From positions 8,370,001-8,434,000 of the forward strand of contig NC_134025.1 in the NCBI RefSeq assembly GCF_964204645.1: a stretch of 64,000 bases of DNA, written 5' to 3'. This document shows, piece by piece, positions 1-10,870 of this stretch. Below the pieces are notes generated by a model that ran no database searches, was not told where the DNA came from, and was given only the letters and a program-made list of their open reading frames with translations. Positions within the stretch are counted from its first letter, which is position 1, and every line of letters begins with the position of its first letter. The position numbers and the translations under genes are program-made. This stretch comes from Tubulanus polymorphus. Its lineage: Eukaryota; Animalia; Nemertea.

Positions 1-3000
1 AGATAAAGGCTCAAAAGAGCCGAAAGATGACGATGACGACGACGACAAAAAGAAAAGAAAATCGAAATTCAAAATGCCTACGTTCAATATAAAGAAACCT
101 CATTTCGGTGGAAAGCGAGGAAAATATGATCTACCCGATAGAGAAGTGCCGGAACCAGAAATCGAATTAGAGATTGCTCCACCGGACGTAAACGCCGAAG
201 TGAAAATTGAACGAAAAACCAGTACTTCATCAGCTGAATCCGATAAAGATACACAGGTCGAAATTACAAAACCCGACATTGATTATCCAGAAATCGATAT
301 TGCGTTACCAGTGAAGGCCGATAAATCATCATCGTCATCATCCTCATCATCCAGCGACAGCGATGATGACGATAAGGATATCGATGTTAAAGCACGGATT
401 GTCATACCGCAACCCGATATACAAGCACCTTCGCCTGAGAAAGGCCCATCATCTTCGAGTAGTAGTGAATCCGAGGACGACGACGGCGAGAAAACGAAAC
501 ATAACTTCAAATTGCCATCCCTTTCATTACCAAAACCTCACTGGAATAGACATGGTAAATATGAATTACCGACTGGTGACTTGCCCGACGATGAGGTCGA
601 AATACAGGCTCCGGTCGTCGAGACTCCTATTGTAAAACAAGAACGCAAATCCAGCACTAGCTCTAGCACAAGTGCTGACAGTTCCGACGATATCAAACCT
701 GAATTTCAATCAAACGTTCAAATTCAAAAGCCCGACGTCGACATTAAACTTCCCGAAGTGCACGCAGAGGTCGAGTTAGACAAACCAGAAATCGAAATGC
801 CGAAGCGGCCTACGCTCGATATCGGCTTCGAAAATGACGACGTTCAACAAAAGGACAGCAGCGATAGTAGTGGCAGCGATTCAGATGTCGAGGAAGGCAA
901 ATTGAAAAGCAAAAGTAAACTTCACATGCCCCATATCGAAATGCCAAACTTTCGCAGAGATAAAGGCTCAAAAGAGCCGAAAAATGACGACGACGTCGAC
1001 GACGACAAAAAGAAAAGAAAATCGAAATTCAAAATGCCTACGTTCAATATAAAGAAACCTCATTTCGGTGGCAAGCGAGGAAACTATGATCTACCCGATA
1101 GAAAAGAGCCGGAACCAGAAATCGAATTAGAGATTGCTCCACCGGACGTAAACGCCGAAGTGAAAATTGAACGAAAAACCAGTACTTCATCAGCTGAATC
1201 CGATAAAGATGCACAGGTCGAAATTACGAAACGGGACATTGATTATCCAGCAATCGATATTGCGTTGCCGGTGAAGGCCGATAAATCATCATCGTCATCA
1301 TCCTCATCATCCAGCGACAGCGATGATGACGATAAGGATATCGATGTTAAAGCACGGATTGTCATACCGCAACCCGATATACAAGCACCTTCGCCTGAGA
1401 AAGGCACATCGTCTTCGAGTAGTAATGAATCCGAAGACGAAGACGGCGAGAAAACGAAACGTAACTTTAAATTTCCATCCGTTTCATTATCCAAACCTCG
1501 CTGGGATAGAAATGGTAAATATGAATTACCGACTGGTGACTTGCCCGACGATGAGGTCGAAGTACAGGCTCCGGTCGTCGAGACTCCTATTGTAAAACAA
1601 GAACGAAAATCCAGCACTAGCTCTAGCACAAGTGCTGACAGTTCCGACGATATCAAACCTGAATTTCAATCAAACGTTCAAATTCAAAAGCCCGACGTCG
1701 ACGTTGAACTTCCCGAGGTGCACGCAGAGGTCGAGTTAGACAAACCAAAAATCGAAATGCCGAAGCGGCCTACGCTCGATATCGGCTTCGAAAATGACGA
1801 CGTTCAACAAAAGGACAGCAGCGATAGTAGTGGCAGCGAGTCAGATGACGAGGAAGGCAAATTGAAAAGCAAAAGTAAACTTCACATGCCCCATATCAAA
1901 ATGCCAAACTTTCGCAGAGATAAATGCTCAAAAGAGCCGAAAAATGACGACGAAGTCGACGACGACAAAAAGAAAAGAAAATCGAAATTCAAAATGCCTA
2001 CGTTCAATATAAAGAAACCTCATTTCGGTGGAAAGCGAGGAAAATATGATCTACCCGATAAAGAGCCGGAACCAGAAATCGAATTAGAGATTGCTCCACC
2101 GGACGTAAACGCCGAAGTGAAAATTGAACGAAAAACCAGTACTTCATCAGCTGAATCCGATAAAGATGCACAGCTCGAAATTACAAAACGGGACATTGAT
2201 TATCCAGCAATCGATATTGCGTTGCCGGTGAAGGCCGATAAATCATCATCGTCATCATCCTCATCATCCAGCGACAGCGATGATGACGATAAGGATATCG
2301 ATGTTAAAGCACACATTGCCATACCGCAACCCGATATACAAGCACCTTCGCCTGAGAAAGGCACATCGTCTTCGAGTAGTAATGAATCCGAAGACGAAGA
2401 CGGCGAGAAAACGAAACGTAACTTTAAATTTCCGTCCGTTTCATTACCCAAACCTCACGGGTATAGAAATGGTAAATATGAATTACCGACTGGTGACTTG
2501 CCCGACGATGAGGTCGAAGTACAGGCTCCGATCGTCGAGCCTCCTATTGTAAAACAAGAACGCAAATCCAGCACTAGCTCTAGCACAAGTGCTGACAGTT
2601 CCGACGATATCAAACCTGAATTTCAATCAAACGTTCAAATTCAAAAGCCCGACGTCGACATTAAACTTCCCGAAGTGCACGCAGAGGTCGAGTTAGACAA
2701 ACCAGAAATCGAAATGCCGAAGCGGCCTACGCTCGATATCGGCTTCGAAAATGACGACGTGCAACAAAAGGACAGCAGCGATAGTAGTGGCAGCGAGTCA
2801 GATGACGAGGTAGGCAAATTGAAGAGAAAAAGTAAACTTCATATGCCCCATATCAAAATGCCAAACTTTCGCAGAGATAAAGGCTCAAAAGAGCCGAAAG
2901 ATGACGATGACGACGACGACAAAAAGAAAAGAAAATCGAAATTCAAAATGCCTACGTTCAATATAAAGAAACCTCATTTCGGTGGAAAGCGAGGAAAATA

Positions 3001-6000
3001 TGATCTACCCGATAGAGAAGTGCCGGAACCAGAAATCGAATTAGAGATTGCTCCACCGGACGTAAACGCCGAAGTGAAAATTGAACGAAAAACCAGTACT
3101 TCATCAGCTGAATCCGATAAAGATACACAGGTCGAAATTACAAAACCCGACATTGATTATCCAGAAATCGATATTGCGTTACCCGTGAAGGCCGATAAAA
3201 CATCATCGTCATCATCCTCATCATCCAGCGACAGCGATGATGACGATAAGGATATCGATGTTAAAGCACACATTGCCATACCGCAACCCGATATACAAGC
3301 ACCTTCACTTGAAAAAGGCCCATCGTCTTCGAGTAGTAGTGAATCCGAGGACGAAGACCGCGAGAAAACGAAACGTAACTTCAAATTGCCATCCGTTTCA
3401 TTACCCAAACCTCACTGGAATAGACATGGTAAATATGAATTACCGACTGGTGACTTGCCCGACGATGAGGTCGAAATACAGGCTCCGGTCGTCGAGACTC
3501 CTATTGTAAAACAAGAACGCAAATCCAGCACTAGCTCTAGCACAAGTGCTGACAGTTCCGACGATATCAAACCTGAATTTCAATCAAACGTTCAAATTCA
3601 AAAGCCCGACGTCAACGTTGAACTTCCCGAGGTGCACGCAGAGGTCGAGTTAGACAAACCAAAAATCGAAATGCCGAAGCGGCCTACGCTCGATATCGGC
3701 TTCGAAAATGACGACGTTCAACAAAAGGACAGCAGCGATAGTAGTGGCAGCGAGTCAGATGACGAGGAAGGCAAATTGAAAAGCAAAAGTAAACTTCACA
3801 TGCCCCATATCAAAATGCCAAACCTTCGCAGAGATAAATGCTCAAAAGAGCCGAAAAATGACGACGACGTCGACGACGACAAAAAGAAAAGAAAATCGAA
3901 ATTCAAAATGCCTACGTTCAATATAAAGAAACCTCATTTCGGAGGCAAGCGAGGAAAATATGATCTACCCGATAGAGAAGTGCCGGAACCAGAAATCGAA
4001 TTAGAGATTGCTCCACCGGACGTAAACGCCGAAGTGAAGATTAAACGAAAAACCAGTACTTCATCAGCTGAATCCGATAAAGATACACAGGTCGAAATAA
4101 CAAAACCCGACTTTGATTATCCAGAAATCGATATTGCGTTACCCGTGAAGGCCGATAAATCATCATCGTCATCATCCAGCGACAGCGATGATGACGATAA
4201 GGATATCGATGTTAAAGCACGGATTGTCATACCGCAACCCGATATACAGGCACCTTCGCCTGAGAAAGGCCCATCGTCTTCGGGTAGTAGTGAATCCGAG
4301 GACGAAGACGGCGAGAAAACGAAACGTAACGTCAAATTGCCATCCGTTTCATTACCAAAACCTCACTGGAATAGACATGATAAATATGAATTACCGACTG
4401 GTGACTTGCCCGACGATGAGGTCGAAATACAGGCTCCGGTCGTCGAGCCTCCAATTGTAAAACAAGAACGCAAATCCAGCACTAGCTCTAGCACAAGTGC
4501 TGACAGTTCCGACGATATCAAACCTGAATTTCAATCAAACGTTCAAATTCAAAAGCCCGACGTCGACGTTGAACTTCCCGAGGTGCACGCAGAGGTCGAG
4601 TTAGACAAACCAAAAATCGAAATGCCGAAGCGTCCTACGCTCGATATCGGCTTCGACAATAACGACGTTCAACAAAAGGACAGCAGCGATAGTAGTGGCA
4701 GCGAGTCAGATGACGAGGAAGGCAAATTGAAAAGCAAAAGTAAACTTCATATGCCCCATATCAAAATGCCAAACTTTCGCAGAGATAAAGGCTCAAAAGA
4801 GCCGAAAAATGACGACGACGTCGACGACGACAAAAAGAAAAGAAAATCGAAATTCAAAATGCCTACGTTCAATATAAAGAAACCTCATTTCGGTGGCAAG
4901 CGAGGAAAATATGATCTACCCGATAGAGAGGAGCCGGAACCAGAAATCGAATTAGAGATTGCTCCACCGGACGTAAACGCCGAAGTGAAAATTGAACGAA
5001 AAACCAGTACTTCATCAGCTGAATCCGATAAAGATACACAGGTCGAAATTACAAAACCCGACATTGATTATCCAGAAATCGATATTGCGTATCCAGTGAA
5101 GGTCGATAAATCATCATCGTCATCATCCTCATCATCCAGCGACAGCGATGATGACGATAAGGATATCGATGTTAAAGCACGGATTGTCATACCGCAACCC
5201 GATATACAAGCACTTTCGCCTGAGAAAGGCCCATCGTCTTCGAGTAGTAGTGAATCCGAGGACGAAGACGGCGAGAAAACGAAACGTAACTTCAAATTGC
5301 CATCCGTTTCATTACCCAAACCTCACTGGAATAGACATGGTAAATATGAATTACCGACTGGTGACTTGCCCGACGATAAGGTCGAAATACAGGCTACGGT
5401 CGTCGAGACTCCTATTGTAGAACAAGAACGAAAATCCAGCACTAGCTCTAGCACAAGTGCTGACAGTTCCGACGATATCAAACCTGAATTTCAATCAAAC
5501 GTTCAAATTCAAAAGCCCGACGTCGACGTTGAACTTCCCGAGGTGCACGCAGAGGTCGAGTTAGACAAACCAAAAATCGAAATGCCGAAGCGGCCTACGC
5601 TCGATATCGGCTTCGACAATAACGACGTTCAACAAAAGGACAGCAGCGATAGTAGTGGCAGCGAGTCAGATGACGAGGAAGGTAAATTGAAAAGCAAAAG
5701 TAAACTTCATATGCCCCATATCAAAATGCCAAACTTTCGCAGAGATAAAGGCTCAAAAGAGCCGAAAAATGACGACGACGTCGACGACGACAAAAAGAAA
5801 AGAAAATCGAAATTCAAAATGCCTACGTTCAATATAAAGAAACCTCATTTCGGTGGCAAGCGAGGAAAATATGATCTACCCGATAGAGAAGTGCCGGAAC
5901 CAGAAATCGAATTAGAGATGGCTCCACAAGACGTAAACGCCGAAGTGAAAATTGAACGAAAAACCAGTACTTCATCAGCTGAATCCGATAAAGATACACA

Positions 6001-9000
6001 GGTCGAAATTACAAAACCCGACTTTGATTATCCAGAAATCGATATTGCGTTACCCGTGAAGGCCGATAAATCATCATCGTCATCATCCAGCGACAGCGAT
6101 GATGACGATAAGGATATCGATGTTAAGGCACGGATTATCATACCGCAACCCGATATACAAGCACCTTCGGCTGAGAAAGGCCCATCATCTTCGAGTAGTA
6201 GTGAATCCGAGGACGAAGACGGCGAGAAAACGAAACGTAACTTCAAATTGCCATCCGTTTCATCACCAAAACCTCACTGGAATAGACATGATAAATATGA
6301 ATTACCGACTGGTGACTTGCCCGACGATGAGGTCGAAATACAGGCTCCGGTCGTCGAGCCTCCAATTGTAAAACAAGAACGCAAATCCAGCACTAGCTCT
6401 AGCACAAGTGCTGACAGTTCCGACGATATCAAACCTGAATTTCAATCAAACGTTCAAATTCAAAAGCCCGACGTCGACGTTGAACTTCCCGAGGTGCACG
6501 CAGAGGTCGAGTTAGACAAACCAAAAATCGAAATGCCGAAGCGTCCTACGCTCGATATCGGCTTCGACAATAACGACGTTCAACAAAAGGACAGCAGCGA
6601 TAGTAGTGGCAGCGAGTCAGATGACGAGGAAGGCAAATTGAAAAGCAAAAGTAAACTTCATATGCCCCATATCAAAATGCCAAACTTTCGCAGAGATAAA
6701 GGCTCAAAAGAGCCGAAAAATGACGACGACGTCGACGACGACAAAAAGAAAAGAAAATCGAAATTCAAAATGCCTACGTTCAATATAAAGAAACCTCATT
6801 TCGGTGGCAAGCGAGGAAAATATGATCTACCCGATAGAGAGGAGCCGGAACCAGAAATCGAATTAGAGATTGCTCCACCGGACGTAAACGCCGAAGTGAA
6901 AATTGAACGAAAAACCAGTACTTCATCAGCTGAATCCGATAAAGATACACAGGTCGAAATTACAAAACCCGACATTGATTATCCAGAAATCGATATTGCG
7001 TATCCAGTGAAGGTCGATAAATCATCATCGTCATCATCCTCATCATCCAGCGACAGCGATGATGACGATAAGGATATCGATGTTAAAGCACGGATTGTCA
7101 TACCGCAACCCGATATACAAGCACTTTCGCCTGAGAAAGGCCCATCGTCTTCGAGTAGTAGTGAATCCGAGGACGAAGACGGCGAGAAAACGAAACGTAA
7201 CTTCAAATTGCCATCCGTTTCATTACCCAAACCTCACTGGAATAGACATGGTAAATATGAATTACCGACTGGTGACTTGCCCGACGATAAGGTCGAAATA
7301 CAGGCTACGGTCGTCGAGACTCCTATTGTAGAACAAGAACGAAAATCCAGCACTAGCTCTAGCACAAGTGCTGACAGTTCCGACGATATCAAACCTGAAT
7401 TTCAATCAAACGTTCAAATTCAAAAGCCCGACGTCGACGTTGAACTTCCCGAGGTGCACGCAGAGGTCGAGTTAGACAAACCAAAAATCGAAATGCCGAA
7501 GCGGCCTACGCTCGATATCGGCTTCGGAAATGACGACGTTCAACAAAAGGACAGTAGCGATAGTAGTGGCAGCGATTCAGATGACGAGGAAGGCAAATTG
7601 AAGAGAAAAAGTAAACTTCATATGCCCCATATCAAAATGCCAAACCTTCGCAGAGATAAAGGCTCAAAAGAGCCGAAAAATGACGACGACGTCGACGACG
7701 ACAAAAAGAAAAGAAAATCGAAATTCAAAATGCCTACGTTCAATATAAAGAAACCTCATTTCGGTGGCAAGCGAGGAAAATATGATCTACCCGATAGAGA
7801 AGTGCCGGAACCAGAAATCGAATTAGAGATGGCTCCACAAGACGTAAACGCCGAAGTGAAAATTGAACGAAAAACCAGTACTTCATCAGCTGAATCCGAT
7901 AAAGATACACAGGTCGAAATTACAAAACCCGACATTGATTATCCAGAAATCGATATTGCGTATCCAGTGAAGGTCGATAAATCATCATCGTCATCATCCT
8001 CATCATCCAGCGACAGCGATGATGACGATAAGGATATCGATGTTAAAGCACGGATTGTCATACCGCAACCCGATATACAAGCACTTTCGCCTGAGAAAGG
8101 CCCATCGTCTTCGAGTAGTAGTGAATCCGAGGACGAAGACGGCGAGAAAACGAAACGTAACTTCAAATTGCCATCCGTTTCATCACCAAAACCTCACTGG
8201 AATAGACATGATAAATATGAATTACCGACTGGTGACTTGCCCGACGATGAGGTCGAAATACAGGCTCCGGTCGTCGAGCCTCCAATTGTAAAACAAGAAC
8301 GCAAATCCAGCACTAGCTCTAGCACAAGTTCTGACAGTTCCGACGATATCAAACCTGAATTTCAATCAAACGTTCAAATTCAAAAGCCCGACGTCGACGT
8401 TGAACTTCCCGAGGTGCACGCAGAGGTCGAGTTAGACAAACCAAAAATCGAAATGCCGAAGCGGCCTACGCTCGATATCGGCTTCGAAAATGACGACGTT
8501 CAGCAAAAGGACAGCAGCGATAGTAGTGGCAGCGATTCAGATGACGAGGAAGGCAAATTGAAAAGCAAAAGTAAACTTCACATGCCCCATATCAAAATGC
8601 CAAACTTTCGCAGAGATAAAGGCTCAACAGAGCCGAAAAATCTCGACGACGACAAAAAGAAAAGAAAATCGAAATTCAAAATGCCTACGTTCAATATAAA
8701 GAAACCTCATTTCGGTGGCAAGCGAGGAAAATATGATCTACCCGATAGAGAGGAGCCGGAACCAGAAATCGAATTAGAGATTGCTCCACCGGACGTAAAC
8801 GCCGAAGTGAAAATTGAACGAAAAACCAGTACTTCATCAGCTGAATCCGATAAAGATACACAGGTCGAAATTACAAAACCCGACATTGATTATCCAGAAA
8901 TCGATATTGCGTTACCAGTGAAGGTCGATAAATCATCATCGTCATCATCGTCCTCATCCAGCGACAGCGACGATGACGATAAGGATATCGATGTTAAAGC

Positions 9001-10870
9001 ACACATTGCCATACCGCAACCCGATATACAAGCACCTTCACTTGAAAAAGGCCCATCATCTTCGAGTAGTAGTGAATCCGAGGACGAAGACGGCGAGAAA
9101 ACGAAACGTAACTTCAAATTGCCATCCGTTTCATTACTAAAACCTCACTGGAATAGACATGATAAATATGAATTACCGACTGGTGACTTGCCCGACGATG
9201 AGGTCGAAATACAGGCTCCGGTCGTCGAGCCTCCAATTGTAAAACAAGAACGCAAATCCAGCACTAGCTCTAGCACAAGTGCTGACAGTTCCGACGATAT
9301 CAAACCTGAATTTCAATCAAACGTTCAAATTCAAAAGCCCGACGTCGACGTTGAACTTCCCGAGGTGCACGCAGAGGTCGAGTTAGACAAACCAAAAATC
9401 GAAATGCCGAAGCGGCCTACGCTCGATATCGGCTTCGAAAATGACGACGTTCAACAAAAGGACAGCAGCGATAGTAGTGGCAGCTATTCAGATGACGAGG
9501 AAGGCAAATTGAAGAGAAAAAGTAAACTTCACATGCCCCATATCAAAATGCCAAACTTTCGCAGAGATAATGGCTCAAAAGAGCCGAAAGATGACGACGA
9601 CGACGACGACAAAAAGAAAAGAAAATCGAAATTCAAAATGCCTGCGTTCAATATAAAGAAACCTCATTTCGGTGGAAAGCGAGGAAAATATGATCTACCC
9701 GATAGAGAAGTGCCGGAACCAGAAATCGAATTAGAGACTGCAACACCGGACGTAAACGCCGAAGTGAAAATTGAACGAAAAACCAGTACTTCATCAGCTG
9801 AATCCGATGAAGATGCACAGGTCGAAATTACAAAACCCGACATTGATTATCCAGAAATCGATATTGCGTTACCAGTGAAGGCCGATAAATCATCATCGTC
9901 ATCATCCTCATCATCCAGCGACAGCGATGATGACGATAAGGATATCGATGTTAAAGCACGGATTGTCATACCGCAACCCGATATACAAGCACCTTCGCCT
10001 GAGAAAGTCACATCGTCTTCGAGTAGTAGTGAATCCGAGGACGAATACGGCGAGAACCGGAAACGTAACTTTAAATGTCCATCCGTTTCATTACCAAAAC
10101 CTCACGGGTATAGAAATGGTAAATATGAATTACCGACTGGTGACTTGCCCGACGATGAGGTCGAAGTACAGGCTCCGATCGTCGAGCCTCCTATTGTAAA
10201 ACAAGAACGAAAATCCAGCACTAGCTCTAGCACAAGTTCTGACAGTTCCGACGATATCAAACCTGAATTTCAATCAAACGTTCAAATTCAAAAGCCCGAC
10301 GTCGACGTTGAACTTCCCGAGGTGCACGCAGAGGTCGAGTTAGACAAACCAAAAATCGAAATGCCGAAGCGGCCTACGCTCGATATCGGCTTCGAAAATG
10401 ACGACGTTCAGCAAAAGGACAGCAGCGATAGTAGTGGCAGCGATTCAGATGACGAGGAAGGCAAATTGAAAAGCAAAAGTAAACTTCACATGCCCCATAT
10501 CAAAATGCCAAACTTTCGCAGAGATAAAGGCTTAAAAGAGCCGAAAGATGACGAAGACGACAAAAAGAAAAGAAAATCGAAATTCAAAATGCCTACGTTT
10601 AATATAAAGAAACCTCATTTCGGTGGAAAGCGAGGAAAATATGATCTACCCGATAGAGAAGTGCCGGAACCAGAAATCGAATTAGAGACTGCTCTACCGG
10701 ACGTAAACGCCGAAGTGAAAATTGAACGAAAAACCAGTACTTCATCAGCTGGTTCCGATAAAGATATAGATATCCAAATCGCACAACCCGACATTGATTA
10801 TCCTGAAATTGATCTTCTATTATCGGGCAAGACTGATATGTCATCATCTTCATCTTCATCGTCCAGCGAT
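1..10870 (+). repeat. Coding tandem array of ~960-bp units (11 complete plus partial units at each end)
   Basis: Unit starts (MPT/AFNIKK) at 74, 1034, 1994, 2948, 3908, 4859, 5819, 6770, 7730, 8681, 9638, 10589. Unit lengths are 960, 960, 954, 960, 951, 960, 951, 960, 951, 957, 951, all multiples of 3. Units are near-identical by eye. The last unit degenerates after ~10760. Confidence 0.97.

Noticed and set aside
74-76. ATG at 74 as the gene start
   Set aside because: The frame is open from base 2 and this Met recurs in every repeat unit, so the exon begins upstream of the window.
283-10199. Recurring 72-137 aa minus-strand and 90 aa alternate-frame ORFs in each repeat unit
   Set aside because: They are shadows of the main ORF, repeated because the DNA is repeated; there is no independent signal of coding.
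1-10870. Array as CRISPR, satellite or transposon
   Set aside because: There is no repeat-spacer structure, and all indels are multiples of 3 within one ORF, which indicates a coding repeat.
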